From the NCBI GenBank assembly GCA_040005235.1, contig JBDTZG010000063.1, positions 1 to 28,555 of the forward strand: a DNA stretch of 28,555 nucleotides. Reading direction: 5' to 3'. The first letter of the stretch is position 1, and the number at the start of each line of letters is the position of its first letter. Below are positions 16,513-26,642 of this stretch, one piece after another. Origin of the DNA: Acidobacteriota bacterium (GTDB lineage: Bacteria; Acidobacteriota; Thermoanaerobaculia; Multivoradales; UBA5704). The notes beneath the pieces are model-generated. The model searched no databases. It had not been told where the DNA came from and saw nothing but the letters and a program-made list of their open reading frames with translations. The position numbers and the translations under genes are program-made.

Positions 16513-18822
16513 ATGGAGAGGGAGGGCGCGGAAGAGGCGCACGGAGGCCCGGGATGGCGCACGGTGCTCGCCGCGGCCGGCCTCTATCTCGGGGTCCTGG
16601 TCGCGATCGGGTTTCGGGTGTTCGCCCGCTTCGGCAGCGTCCTGCCCGCCACCCTGGCCGATCCGCTCCAGCACCTGTGGATTCTCCGTTGGTACGAGAG
16701 CTGCCTCAAGGCCGGGCGGCTGCCATTCCTCGCACCCGACGTGATGTTTCCGGTCGGCGCGCCGCTCGGGTTGTTCTCGCCGCTTCATCTTCAGGCGCTG
16801 ATCTGGAACCTCGTCGGCTGGGCGCTCCCCTCCGACTTCGCCCGCTACAACCTGCTTTGGGCGCTTGGCTTTCTGATCACCGCGGCAGGCGGTTTCTACC
16901 TTTCGTGGCGGCTGCTGCGCGACCGCACCGCCGCGGTGTTCGGAGGTCTGCTCTGCCTGCTCGCGACCCCTGTGACGCTTCACGCCCTCGGCCACCTGGA
17001 GCTGATCTACGTCGGCGTGCTCGGGTTTTTCCTGCTCGGCTGGACCGAATTCGTCGAGCGGCCGCGCGGCCGCTCGCTGGCTGTAGCGGTCGGCACCTAT
17101 GTGCTGGTCTCGGCGAGCGCGGCGTATTTTGCGGTCATGGCAACCATTCCCGCCGCCCTGTTCGTGATCTGGAGCGGGGTGCGCGCCCTACGCACCGGGT
17201 TCTGGGCCTGGCTGCGCGCCCGCATGGTCTGGTTGCTCGCGTTCGCCGGAATCGCGGCCGTGGCGCTCGCAATCCTCTTTTCAAGCCAGCTCTGGGCGAA
17301 GAGCCACGGCTTCCAGGGCCAGCGGGGGCGGATCGAATTCACCCGCTATTGGGCTCCTTTGTGGGGCTACTTCATGCCCACCCCCCAACAAGCGCTGGAG
17401 CCGCTCCTCCCCTGGCATCCGTATCAGGACGCCGAATTCGGCCAGACCGGCACGGAGCGTTCGTCCTATCTCGGGATCGTGCCGCTGCTCCTGATGGGGT
17501 ACGCCGCGTCGCGCAAGGCGAAGTTCGCCAACTCGGGTTTCTTCTGGGCGGCGTTTGCCCTGTCGGTCGTACTCTCGCTCGGGGCGTTTCGTCCCTACCA
17601 TCTGGAACCGGTCTGGCTACCCGCCGACTGGCTCTGGCGGATCTTCCCCCCGATGCGCGACCTGCGCGTTCCCGCGCGATTCAACCTGTTCGCCGCGGTG
17701 CTCGGCTCCCTGCTTGCGGCGGCCGGCCTTTCGCGTCTGCTGCGAAAAATCGAGCGGCCGCGGCTGCGGCAGTTCGTGATCGTCGGAGCTTTCGCGGCGA
17801 CCCTCCTCGACTTGGCGCCGTCGGCCTATCCGGGAGTCGTGCCGCCGCCGATGCCCGATCTCTATCGCCGGATCGTCGCGCGCGACCCCAAGGCGACGTT
17901 TCACGAGGCGCCGTTTTTCGGCACCCGCGGACTGTTCCTGCCGTCCGCGACCGCCTATTGGCAGCTCGATCACCGGGGCCGGACCAGCGGCGGCTACAGC
18001 GGGATGATCAACGCGGCGCTCGAAGAGAAGGTGGGATTCCCTTCGCCGTTCTTTGCCCGCAACCTGTCGTTTCCCAGCTATCTCGCCGAGCCGGAGCATC
18101 AGTTCTTCGACGTTGTGCGGGCCGATGCGCACGATTACGTTTGGGCGTTTCTCCACTACAACGGCTTCCGCTACGCGGTGGTCTACACCGATCCGGCCTA
18201 TTTCTCGGATTTGCGCGGCAGCGTCGAGGCTCTTCCCCCGCTGCTCGCGCCGGCCGAGATCGACCGCAATTCCGCGGCGATCGCCTACGCGGCGGATCGC
18301 CTGCCGCAGCCGAATCGGGCGGTTCTGGTGCCCGCCGAGGGGCTGCGCAACCGCCAACCCTGGAGGGGGCGGTGGGCCGCGCGAATGGGCCGGCACGCGA
18401 CGTTTGCCCTCTACAACCCGACGCCCGAGGTACCGATCGTCTTTCGCCTGGGGGCGACCAGCTTCATCGCGTCGCACTCGGCGCGGGTGACCCTCTATCG
18501 GTCCGAAGCGCGGGGCGTCGGCGGCGCCCCGGTCGCCGCCTCGCCGTCCGGCGGAGAGGTGGTGATCCAACTGCGCGCGAACCCGGTCTTCTATCGCTGG
18601 TTCACGAGCGACGCGTTCCTCGCCCCCAAAGGCTGGAGCGAGATTCGGATCGACGCCATGGACGAGACTCCGCAGGATCCGGAGCGCGCCCAGTGGGGGA
18701 CCGACCGTCTGCCGATCAGCCTGCTGATCGCGGCGGTCGAAATCGTCGGCCCCGACGAGGCGCCCAGCCCGGACCGGCCGGCTGAGCGCCTCTTGGCGCC
18801 GGAAGAGTCGATAAAGCGCTGA
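16513..18822 (+). CDS. Multi-pass membrane protein, GT-C/YfhO-like glycosyltransferase
   Basis: DPLQHLWIL, many TM segments, YLG, LRVPARF, GGYSG, soluble C-terminal region. GGAG SD before ATG 16513. Confidence 0.7.
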   Translation: MEREGAEEAHGGPGWRTVLAAAGLYLGVLVAIGFRVFARFGSVLPATLADPLQHLWILRWYESCLKAGRLPFLAPDVMFPVGAPLGLFSPLHLQALIWNLVGWALPSDFARYNLLWALGFLITAAGGFYLSWRLLRDRTAAVFGGLLCLLATPVTLHALGHLELIYVGVLGFFLLGWTEFVERPRGRSLAVAVGTYVLVSASAAYFAVMATIPAALFVIWSGVRALRTGFWAWLRARMVWLLAFAGIAAVALAILFSSQLWAKSHGFQGQRGRIEFTRYWAPLWGYFMPTPQQALEPLLPWHPYQDAEFGQTGTERSSYLGIVPLLLMGYAASRKAKFANSGFFWAAFALSVVLSLGAFRPYHLEPVWLPADWLWRIFPPMRDLRVPARFNLFAAVLGSLLAAAGLSRLLRKIERPRLRQFVIVGAFAATLLDLAPSAYPGVVPPPMPDLYRRIVARDPKATFHEAPFFGTRGLFLPSATAYWQLDHRGRTSGGYSGMINAALEEKVGFPSPFFARNLSFPSYLAEPEHQFFDVVRADAHDYVWAFLHYNGFRYAVVYTDPAYFSDLRGSVEALPPLLAPAEIDRNSAAIAYAADRLPQPNRAVLVPAEGLRNRQPWRGRWAARMGRHATFALYNPTPEVPIVFRLGATSFIASHSARVTLYRSEARGVGGAPVAASPSGGEVVIQLRANPVFYRWFTSDAFLAPKGWSEIRIDAMDETPQDPERAQWGTDRLPISLLIAAVEIVGPDEAPSPDRPAERLLAPEESIKR

Positions 18823-18831
18823 CCCGAAGCC

Positions 18832-20601
18832 TCAGACCGCGGCCAGCAGCTCGGTATTTTCCGGGGTCCGCGGGGTCCCCGGGGTTTGCGCGGGCGGCTC
18901 GACCCGCTTCCTGCCGAGCTGCGCCGCGAGGTCGGCAAAGCCTTCGAACGTGAGGCTCTGGGCGCCGTCCGAAAGCGCGTGATCGGGATCGGGGTGGACT
19001 TCGACGATCACCCCTTGGGCGCCCGCCGCGAGACCGGCATGAGTGAGGGCCGGGACGATCGACCGCAGGCCGGCGGCGTGGCTCGGATCGACGATGACCG
19101 GCAGGTGGGTTCGCTCGCGCACGATCGCCACGGCGTTCAGGTCGAGGGTGTGGCGGGTCGCCCGCTCGAATGTCCGGATGCCCCGTTCGCACAGGACGAC
19201 CTGGTTGTTGCCGTGGGCCAGGATGTACTCCGCCGCGTGCAGCCACTCGTCGATCGTGGCGCCCGCGCCGCGCTTCAGCATCACGGGCTTGCCGCTCCGG
19301 CCGGCCGCGCGCAGCAGCGCGAAGTTCTGCATGTTGCGCGCGCCGATCTGGAGCATGTCGGCATAGCGGGAGACGAGCGGCACCTCTTCCCAGCTCATCA
19401 CTTCGGTCACCACCGGCAGGCCGGAGATCCGGCGCGCCTCGGCGAGGATTTTCAAGCCCCGCACGCCGAGCCCTTGGAAATCGTAGGGCGACGTGCGCGG
19501 CTTGAACGCGCCCCCTCGGAGCATGTCGGCCCCGGCCGCCGCGACCGCGCGGGCGGTGTCGAGCAGCATCTCCTCGCTTTCGACCGAGCAGGGACCGGCG
19601 ATCAGGATCGGCGTGCCGCCGCCGATTTCGAGCGAGCCGATGCGGACGATCGAGTCCTCCGCCTGGTAGCGCCGATCGAACAGCGGAAATGCGGGTTTCG
19701 GCCGGTGGTTCGGTCCCGAGCCGGTCGCTCCGTGCGCGGGGGCATCTAGGTTGGAGGAGGCCGGTCCCTGCCAGGCGAGATAGCTGCCGAGCACGACGAG
19801 CTGGTTGGCCAGCGCCTCGATCGCCTCGATCGCCTCGGCCACCAGCGGCTCGCGCGCCGCGCCTTGGATGTCGATATAGAAGCGATAGGTCCAGGGTGCG
19901 GAGCGCTCCGGCCGCGATTGGAGCGCGGTCAGGTTGATGCCGCGGGTCGCGAACGCCTGGAGCACGGCGGCGAGCATGCCCGGCCGATGGTCGGTCCAGA
20001 CCACCAGCGAGGTCTTTCGCGGCCGGTCGTCGAGCACCTCGGGCTGGGGATCGCGGGTGAAGGTGAGGAAACGGGTCTGGTTGGTCGGGTCGTCCTCGAT
20101 CCGGTCTTCGAGCACCTTCAAGCCATACAGCTCCGCGGCTAGAAGCGAGCCGATCGCCGCTTCGGAAGGATCGGCGTCGCGCGCCACGATCTCAGCTCCC
20201 CCCGCCGTGTCCCATTCGCTCACCCGCTGCACTCCGGGCAGATTCTTGCTCAGCCAGATGCGGCACTGATCGAGGGCGACGGGATGCGAAAGGACGCGGC
20301 GAATCTGCGTCACCGTGGCCCCTGGAACGCCGAGCAGCGCGTGCTGGACCGGCAGCAAAATCTCCCGATCGAGGTGGAGCGCATGATCGCGGAACGCCTG
20401 CTGCAAAATGTCTTCGGTGGTTTCGACCAAGCCGACCAGGGAGTTTTCAAACGGCAGGCAACCGGCGTCCGCCTTGCCGTCGCGCACCGCTTCGACCACG
20501 TCCGCGACGGTGCGGAGGGGGAGCAGCTCCAAGTCGGGCCACTGTTTGCGGGCCGCGGCTTCGCTGAATGATCCGCGCGTACCCTGAATCGCTACTCGCA
20601 T
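18832..20601 (-). CDS. Fusion of prephenate dehydratase, ACT domain and type I-beta DAHP synthase
   Basis: PDT: [19 protein letters not shown]; ACT: RPGML...[10 protein letters not shown]; DAHPS: [44 protein letters not shown]. Confidence 0.93.
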   Translation of the reverse strand: MRVAIQGTRGSFSEAAARKQWPDLELLPLRTVADVVEAVRDGKADAGCLPFENSLVGLVETTEDILQQAFRDHALHLDREILLPVQHALLGVPGATVTQIRRVLSHPVALDQCRIWLSKNLPGVQRVSEWDTAGGAEIVARDADPSEAAIGSLLAAELYGLKVLEDRIEDDPTNQTRFLTFTRDPQPEVLDDRPRKTSLVVWTDHRPGMLAAVLQAFATRGINLTALQSRPERSAPWTYRFYIDIQGAAREPLVAEAIEAIEALANQLVVLGSYLAWQGPASSNLDAPAHGATGSGPNHRPKPAFPLFDRRYQAEDSIVRIGSLEIGGGTPILIAGPCSVESEEMLLDTARAVAAAGADMLRGGAFKPRTSPYDFQGLGVRGLKILAEARRISGLPVVTEVMSWEEVPLVSRYADMLQIGARNMQNFALLRAAGRSGKPVMLKRGAGATIDEWLHAAEYILAHGNNQVVLCERGIRTFERATRHTLDLNAVAIVRERTHLPVIVDPSHAAGLRSIVPALTHAGLAAGAQGVIVEVHPDPDHALSDGAQSLTFEGFADLAAQLGRKRVEPPAQTPGTPRTPENTELLAAV

Positions 20602-20637
20602 CCGATCTCTCCTCGGCTGGCCTGATGAATCAGCGCC

Positions 20638-20676
20638 AAAAACAAAAGCGCCCCGCCGTTTCCGGCGGGGCGCTTT
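20638..20676 (-). terminator. Intrinsic terminator (attenuator) in the leader of the PDT-DAHPS gene
   Basis: mRNA AAAGCGCCCCGCCG-GAAA-CGGCGGGGCGCUUUUGUUUUU, 36 nt upstream of the start codon. Confidence 0.88.
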
Positions 20677-20704
20677 CAGGTTCGGTCTCGCGGGAACTAG
20701 TCCT

Positions 20705-20770
20705 TTAGCCGAACGCGGAAGCCCCCGCGCAACGATACGTAAAGGAGTAGTGCCAACGGAACGTGATCAT
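20705..20770 (-). CDS. Attenuator leader peptide [21 protein letters not shown]
   Basis: 21-aa ORF with F4, W6, Y8, F10, Y12, F20, ending 28 nt before the terminator stem. Confidence 0.8.
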   Translation of the reverse strand: MITFRWHYSFTYRCAGASAFG

Positions 20771-20779
20771 GGGACGGGG

Positions 20780-20809
20780 AGTATTGGGGCGGTCTGCGGG
20801 AAAAGTCAA
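20780..20809 (-). promoter_or_regulatory. Candidate promoter for the leader/PDT-DAHPS transcript
   Basis: TTGACT (20809-20804), 18 nt, AATACT (20785-20780); leader ATG follows 9 nt later with no SD. Confidence 0.5.
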
Positions 20810-20929
20810 GCGAAAAGCTTTCCTGCAAAACCTTGATCTTTTCAGCCGCCCTCGCCCGGCGCTGGCCCGCTATTCGCAAACAGACTCTTCCAGGCTGGGC
20901 CTTGGTAAGGCGAGCCAGGAGCGATCAAG

Positions 20930-21628
20930 ATGACCGAAAATCCCCTACGTCCCTTTCGACCGGATCCCTTGAGGAGTGCCGGGCCCGCCGTGGTGATGAT
21001 GCAGAACGACTCGCGGCGTCTGGTCGTCATTCTGTTCTCGATCGCCTTGGTGCTCGGTGCGGGCATCGGCATTGTGGGGTTTCTCGCCGGGCGGCGCTCG
21101 GAGGTCGGAAAGATTCATCCGACGGACATCGCGCCATTTCCTCGGGCCCAGGCGGTCCAGGCGGCAAATCCTCCGCCTCCGGCTCTGCAGATTGTGCCGC
21201 TGCCGGAAGGATCGCTCGTTCGGGAAGAGGCCCCCCTCGCGCCGGGTTCGCCGGTGGTGATCGGATACGACGGAGGGCAACCCATTTCGATCGAGGGCGA
21301 CGGCGCTACGGGCGCTGTTCTGGAAGAAAAGCCCGCGATCGTGATTCGCCGCCACGAGCCGAGCCGTGCTCGGACTCGCTCGGCGGGCAGTCCTCTCGTG
21401 ACGCCGGTTGCGCCGGTTCCGGCCAACGTGCCGATTCCGGCCGCTCCAGAGCCGGCTGCTGAGCCGGTTCCGGTCGCCCCCGAGATTCCGGCCGCCGCTT
21501 CGCCCGAGCCTCCTTCCGCCGCGGCGGCCTCGCCTGCCGCGCCGACCGCAGCTCCCGAATTTCCGGCCGGTTCTCCCTCCGATTCGGCGCCCGACTCCTC
21601 GCTCGAACCGTCGCCTCCTCCTCCTTGA
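20930..21628 (+). CDS. Hypothetical single-pass membrane protein with Pro/Ala-rich tail
   Basis: AGGAG SD, one TM ([24 protein letters not shown]), low-complexity C-terminus. Confidence 0.6.
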   Translation: MTENPLRPFRPDPLRSAGPAVVMMQNDSRRLVVILFSIALVLGAGIGIVGFLAGRRSEVGKIHPTDIAPFPRAQAVQAANPPPPALQIVPLPEGSLVREEAPLAPGSPVVIGYDGGQPISIEGDGATGAVLEEKPAIVIRRHEPSRARTRSAGSPLVTPVAPVPANVPIPAAPEPAAEPVPVAPEIPAAASPEPPSAAAASPAAPTAAPEFPAGSPSDSAPDSSLEPSPPPP

Positions 21629-21762
21629 CAGGAGACATGACCGGCGAGGAAGATCCCCGCCGGGCGGATCGGCTTGCGCAATCTGTGTAGCAGCGGCAAA
21701 TAGCGTTCCTCGGCGACCGCCATTCTTACGTTTTTCTTCACCGCGGCGCGAAAGGAACCCTG

Positions 21763-22722
21763 ATGCGCAAGGTGGTCGTTCTCTTGCTCGTGGTCGGTGC
21801 GGCCGCAGCGGGCTGGTTCTATTGGCAGCGAAGGCCCGCGCCTACCGAGCTGGTGCTCGCCGGATCGCTCGAAGCGCGCACGGTCGAAGTGGGCTCCCTG
21901 GTCGGCGGCCGGGTATCGCGGGTGCTGGTGGACGAAGGCGCCAAGGTCGCCGCCGGTCAGGTGTTGATCGAGCTCGAAGGCGATCTGCTGGAGCTCCAGA
22001 TCGGCGAGCAGCAGGCGGCGATCGCCGAGGCGCAGGCGAACCTCGCGAAGGCGACCAAGGGACCGAGGAGCGAAGAGGTCCGTCGCGCCGAAATCGATTG
22101 GCAGGCGGCGAAGACCGACCGCGAACGTTTCGAATCGTTGTGGAAATCCGGCGTTACGCCCAAACGCGATTTCGACACCGCGGCGGTGCGCGAAGCGAAC
22201 TCCCTGGAAACCCTGCGCCAGGCGCAGCGCGGTGGCCGAACCGAGGACCGCTCGGCCGGGCGCGCCGTGGTCGAGCGGCTGGAAAAGCAGCTCGGTTACC
22301 TGGAAAGGCAGAAGCAGGAGCTGAGGATCGTGGCGCCCGCGGCCGGCGTGGTCGAGGCGCTCGATCTGCGCCCGGGCGATCTGATCAACCCCAACCAGGC
22401 CGCGTTGACCCTGCTCGAAGACGGCCAGCTCTGGGTGCGGGTCTACGTCCCCGAGCCCGACTTGGGGCTGGTGCGCGTCGGCCAAGAGATCGGAGTGTCG
22501 ATCGACAGCTTTCCCGATCGGACCTTCCGCGGCAAGGTGGTCGAGATCCGCGATCAGGGCGAATACACGCCGAGGAACCTGCAGACGCTCGACCAGCGGA
22601 GCGACCTGGTCTTCGGCGCCAAGATCGAAGTGGAGCCAGCGCCCGAGCTGAAAGCCGGGATGACCGCGATCGCGAAGCTTCCGCTCCCCCCGAACGCGGC
22701 CAAGACGAAAGCCAAGAAATGA
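21763..22722 (+). CDS. HlyD family efflux periplasmic adaptor (YbhG-like)
   Basis: N-terminal anchor, [28 protein letters not shown]...R..LVF. Confidence 0.92.
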   Translation: MRKVVVLLLVVGAAAAGWFYWQRRPAPTELVLAGSLEARTVEVGSLVGGRVSRVLVDEGAKVAAGQVLIELEGDLLELQIGEQQAAIAEAQANLAKATKGPRSEEVRRAEIDWQAAKTDRERFESLWKSGVTPKRDFDTAAVREANSLETLRQAQRGGRTEDRSAGRAVVERLEKQLGYLERQKQELRIVAPAAGVVEALDLRPGDLINPNQAALTLLEDGQLWVRVYVPEPDLGLVRVGQEIGVSIDSFPDRTFRGKVVEIRDQGEYTPRNLQTLDQRSDLVFGAKIEVEPAPELKAGMTAIAKLPLPPNAAKTKAKK

Positions 22723-23783
22723 CCTCCGCGATGCCCGCGGCGAAGACTGCGCCGAGCGAGGAAGCGCCGGTCTCGGAATTCGGCATCGAGGCCGATCACG
22801 TGACCCGCGATTTCGGCGCGGTCCGCGCGCTCGACGACGTCTCTCTGCGGGTGAAGCGGGGGGAGATCTACGGGCTGCTCGGCCCGAACGGCTCGGGCAA
22901 ATCGACGCTGATCCGCATCCTCTGCGGCCTGCTCGCCCCGTCTCAAGGCAAGGCCGCGGTCGACGGTCTCGACGTGGTGCAGCACGGCGAGGAGATCCGC
23001 CGCCGGATCGGTTACGTGCCCCAGAAGTTTTCGCTCTACACCGATCTGTCGGTCGCCGAGAACCTCGATTTCTTCGGTTCGGTCTACGGTCTGCTCGGAG
23101 CCGAGAAGCGCGAACGGCGCGACTGGGCGGTGGGATTGACCGGCATTGGCCCCTATCTCGACCGCCTCGCCGGCCAGCTCTCGGGCGGCTGGAAGCAGCG
23201 GTTGTCGCTCGCCGCCGCGGTGATGCACGGGCCGCGGGTTCTCTTTCTCGACGAGCCGACCGCAGGCATCGATCCGGTTGCCCGGCGCGAGCTGTGGAAC
23301 CTGCTGTTCGACCTCGCCGCTTCGGGCGTCACGCTGCTGGTCACCACCCATTACATGGACGAGGCCGAACGTTGCGGCACGGTCGGCTATCTCTACCTGT
23401 CGCACATGCTGGTCGAGGGCAAGCCCGACGATCTGGTCGATCTGCCCGAGGTGACGCCCCAGGGGATGCGCCGGGTCGAGGTCGAATGCGCCCACGGGGC
23501 GGCGGCGGTGATGGGGCTCGCCCGCGAGCGGCCGTACGTGGATGAAGTCACGATCTTCGGCAACGCCCTTCACCTTCTGGTCAAAGGCGACGTGACCGAC
23601 GAGGAGATCGCCGCGGACCTCTCGGAAAGGGCGGGAGCCGGAGTGCGCATCCGGCCGATCGCGGCGTCGCTCGAAGACGTGTTCGTCCGCCTGACGCGGC
23701 TCCAGGTGGGGCTGGGAGAGAAGAAACTGGCGGAGCAGGAGGCGGAGAAAGCCAAGGCGGGCAAGCGGAGGACAGGGCGGTGA
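22719..23783 (+). CDS. ABC transporter ATP-binding protein
   Basis: [27 protein letters not shown]; ATGA overlap with the adaptor gene. Confidence 0.95.
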   Translation: MTSAMPAAKTAPSEEAPVSEFGIEADHVTRDFGAVRALDDVSLRVKRGEIYGLLGPNGSGKSTLIRILCGLLAPSQGKAAVDGLDVVQHGEEIRRRIGYVPQKFSLYTDLSVAENLDFFGSVYGLLGAEKRERRDWAVGLTGIGPYLDRLAGQLSGGWKQRLSLAAAVMHGPRVLFLDEPTAGIDPVARRELWNLLFDLAASGVTLLVTTHYMDEAERCGTVGYLYLSHMLVEGKPDDLVDLPEVTPQGMRRVEVECAHGAAAVMGLARERPYVDEVTIFGNALHLLVKGDVTDEEIAADLSERAGAGVRIRPIAASLEDVFVRLTRLQVGLGEKKLAEQEAEKAKAGKRRTGR

Positions 23784-24886
23784 GGGGCTTCGGCGCGATT
23801 CTCAAGAAGGAGTTCCTGCAGATGGTGCGCGACGTGGGGACGCTCCGCTTCGCGATCATGGTGCCGGTCTTTCAGCTCGTCCTGTTCGGTCTGATCGACA
23901 CCAACGTCCGCCGCGTGCCGACGGTGGTATTCGATCAGAGCCGCACCCAGGAGAGCCGTGCGCTGCTCGACGAGTTCACCAACACCAGCTACTTCCTGGT
24001 CACCCGCTTCGTCGAGTCGCGCGCCGACCTGCGCGAGGAGATCGTCGCCGCGCATGCTCAGGTGGGGATCGAAATCCCCCCCGATTACGCCCGTCGCAGG
24101 CTCAGCGGCAAACCTGCGGACGTGTTGGTGCTGATCGACGGTTCGGATTCGAGCATCTCGGCTCAGGCGCTCGGCGCGGCGAACGGTGTGGCCCTCTCGC
24201 GTTCGCTCGAAGAGATCCGCAAACGGGCGGGAGGCACGGGGCTGCCGGTCGAGGTGCGGCCGACGCTTCTGTTCAATCCGGATTCGCGGAGCGCGAACCT
24301 GCTGATTCCCGGCCTGGTGGCGATCCTTCTGACCTTCTCGGGCACCCTCCTCGCGTCGTTCGCGATCGTCCGCGAGCGCGAGCGCGGCACGCTCGAACAG
24401 CTGATGGTGACCCCCGCCACTCCGGTCGCCGTGGTGCTCGGCAAGCTTCTGCCCTACCTGCTGCTCGCGTTCGTCCAACTGCTCCTGATCCTGGTGCTGA
24501 TGACCACGGTGTTCGGCGTGCCGATCCACGGCAGCATCCCGCTTCTGCTGGGGCTCGCGACGATCTACCTGTTCGCCCTCCTGTCGCTCGGCCTGCTCGT
24601 CTCGTCGCGCGCCAAGACCCAAATGGAAGCCGTGCAGCTCGCCCAGATGCTGCTGCTTCCTTCGATCATGCTTTCGGGATACATCTTTCCCCTCTCTTCG
24701 CTCCCGACCGTTCTGCGCTACGTCGCGCAGATCCTCCCCGCCACCCACTTCATCGCCATCTCGCGCGGCATCATCATCCGCGGGGCCTCGTTCTCCGACC
24801 TCTGGGAGCATGTCGCCGCCCTGATCGCGATCGCGGTCGTCCTGGTCGCGGCGAGCGCCCGGGCGTTCCGGAAGACGGTGGAGTGA
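23780..24886 (+). CDS. ABC-2 type permease (YbhS/YbhR-like)
   Basis: [38 protein letters not shown]. Confidence 0.94.
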   Translation: MRGFGAILKKEFLQMVRDVGTLRFAIMVPVFQLVLFGLIDTNVRRVPTVVFDQSRTQESRALLDEFTNTSYFLVTRFVESRADLREEIVAAHAQVGIEIPPDYARRRLSGKPADVLVLIDGSDSSISAQALGAANGVALSRSLEEIRKRAGGTGLPVEVRPTLLFNPDSRSANLLIPGLVAILLTFSGTLLASFAIVRERERGTLEQLMVTPATPVAVVLGKLLPYLLLAFVQLLLILVLMTTVFGVPIHGSIPLLLGLATIYLFALLSLGLLVSSRAKTQMEAVQLAQMLLLPSIMLSGYIFPLSSLPTVLRYVAQILPATHFIAISRGIIIRGASFSDLWEHVAALIAIAVVLVAASARAFRKTVE

Positions 24887-24958
24887 AGAGCGATATGCTT
24901 CGGGTCCGCAGTGCGGCTTGCCGCGCAGGAAAATCACCGACCGAGGAGAGTTACTCGC

Positions 24959-26341
24959 ATGGCGTATGGACAGTCGAAAGCGGCGCGTTGGCCCCGCCGA
25001 ATCTTGGTGCTGCTGGTGGTGGCGATCGCGTTCTTCGGCGGGTTGTCGTTCTGGTCGGGCAGCGCGCCCGGGGTGGAGCTGATTCCGAAGCTCAAGGGGA
25101 TCGGCAAGCGCACGCCGATCGAGGTGAAGATCGACGACGTCTCCCACGTCCAGAGGGTGCGGATTGAAGTGATCCAAGGGGCAGACAAGATCGCGGTCAC
25201 CGAGAAGGAGTACATCCCCTCGCCGAACTGGGCGTTCTGGCGCGGCCGGCGGCCCGAGACGTTTACCGTCGACATAGGTCGCGACACCGTAAAGGGGCTG
25301 AGGGCGGGCGATGCGATCGTCCGCGCCACGGCGGAACGGGCGGGCAACCTGATCCGCACCGCGGATCCGACGATCGCCGAGGTGAAGCTGCCGGTCCGGC
25401 TCTCGCCCCCTGTCCTCTCGCTCCTTTCGACCCAGCACTACACGGCCCAAGGAGGCTGCGAGGTCGTGGTCTACCAGGTGAGCCAGAGCGAGCGTGACGG
25501 AGTGAGCGTCGGCTCCTGGTGGTTCCCGGGCTTTCCGCTTCCCGGGGCGCCCGACGCCCGCACTCACTTCGCCCTGTTTGCCGTTCCCTACGACCATACG
25601 ACCGCCGACGAGGTCCACCTGGTCGCGACCGACGAAGTGGGCAACGAATCGAGCCAATCCTTCGTCGATCAGTTCAAGGCCAAGCCCATCCACACCGACA
25701 CGATTCCCTTGGATGACGCGTTCCTCGGTCGCGTGGTTCCTGCGATCCTCGCGGAGTCGCCCGAGGTGAGCGATCAGGGCGACCTGCTCAAGAGCTACCT
25801 GGAGATCAACCGCAACCTGCGGAAGAAGAACGCGGCGACGCTCAAAGAGCTGGCGGCGAAGAGCGAGCGGAAATTCCTCTGGAGCGAGCCGTTCGTCCCG
25901 ATGAAGAACGCCAAGATCACCGCCGCCTTCGCCGACCGCCGCACTTACATGTACCAGACCAAGCCGGTTGACCAACAAGACCACCTAGGCTTCGACATGG
26001 CCTCCGTCGAGCACGACTCGATCCTCGCCTCGAACCGCGGCAAAGTCGCCCTCGCCCGCTTCTTCGGGATCTACGGCAACGCGATAGTCATCGACCACGG
26101 CTATGGCCTGATGAGCCTCTACGGTCACCTCTCCTCGATCGAGGTGAAAGAAGGCCAGATGGTCGAGCGCAACCAAGAAATCGGCCGCTCCGGTAAAACC
26201 GGCCTCGCCGGAGGCGACCACCTCCACTTCACCCTCCTCCTCCAAGGACTCCCCGTCAACCCGGTCGAGTGGTGGGACCCCCACTGGATTCGCGACCGCA
26301 TCGTGCGGAAACTGGGGGCGGCGCTGCCGTTTACGGGGTAA
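24959..26341 (+). CDS. Membrane-anchored M23 family metallopeptidase
   Basis: N-terminal TM, HLGFD (HxxxD), YGN..IDHG.GL.SLYGHL, GDHLHF. Confidence 0.92.
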   Translation: MAYGQSKAARWPRRILVLLVVAIAFFGGLSFWSGSAPGVELIPKLKGIGKRTPIEVKIDDVSHVQRVRIEVIQGADKIAVTEKEYIPSPNWAFWRGRRPETFTVDIGRDTVKGLRAGDAIVRATAERAGNLIRTADPTIAEVKLPVRLSPPVLSLLSTQHYTAQGGCEVVVYQVSQSERDGVSVGSWWFPGFPLPGAPDARTHFALFAVPYDHTTADEVHLVATDEVGNESSQSFVDQFKAKPIHTDTIPLDDAFLGRVVPAILAESPEVSDQGDLLKSYLEINRNLRKKNAATLKELAAKSERKFLWSEPFVPMKNAKITAAFADRRTYMYQTKPVDQQDHLGFDMASVEHDSILASNRGKVALARFFGIYGNAIVIDHGYGLMSLYGHLSSIEVKEGQMVERNQEIGRSGKTGLAGGDHLHFTLLLQGLPVNPVEWWDPHWIRDRIVRKLGAALPFTG

Positions 26342-26417
26342 ATGCGGCAATCGAGCTCGGGATAGGATCTTCCGAGACCGCAAGCCGCAAGCGGGCCGAG
26401 GAAAAGGCTCCTGACTG

Positions 26418-26492
26418 CCAGATAGCGGCTATCCAGCCCCGATACCGGCTATCCGCCGCCGATAGCGGGTATCCACCACCGATAGCGGTTCG
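26418..26492. repeat. Tandem array of four 20-bp units with palindromic core GATAGC-G-GCTATC
   Basis: GATA(G/C)CGG starts at 26421, 26441, 26461 and 26481. Confidence 0.9.
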
Positions 26493-26568
26493 AGAGCGAA
26501 CTTGAGGCGAACTTGAGCGGCTGAAATGACCGTATTCGAGGGTCAACGTTTCTGGAGTACTTTTCGTT

Positions 26569-26635
26569 ATGCAACTCGCAACAGGTAAAGTCGTGGTCGG
26601 CAAGGTTCTCGTCGACGGGCTCGACCTCCGAGGGA
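26569..26635 (+). pseudogene. Truncated N-terminus of a small antitoxin-like gene
   Basis: MQLATGKVVVGKVLVDGLDL resembles small GkV.gGki..e...LpeG proteins; similarity ends at a probable frameshift next to the PIN gene stop. Confidence 0.4.
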
Positions 26636-26642
26636 TGCGACC

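Noticed and set aside
21408-22718. 791-aa ABC ATPase with long N-terminus
   Set aside because: The upstream part is an off-frame overlap with the HlyD gene; the true start is ATG 22719.
21763-24886. ABC system as dedicated exporter of the RiPP
   Set aside because: Generic YbhG/F/S-like set with no C39 peptidase domain, separated from the precursor by unrelated genes.
23570-25984. Long antisense and off-frame ORFs (804, 743, 661, 456 aa and others across the window)
   Set aside because: Shadow frames of well-supported genes in high-GC DNA, Arg/Gly/Pro-rich with no motifs.
26418-26492. Possible mini-CRISPR array
   Set aside because: Period is only 20 bp, linkers are 7 bp and similar to each other, and no cas genes are present.
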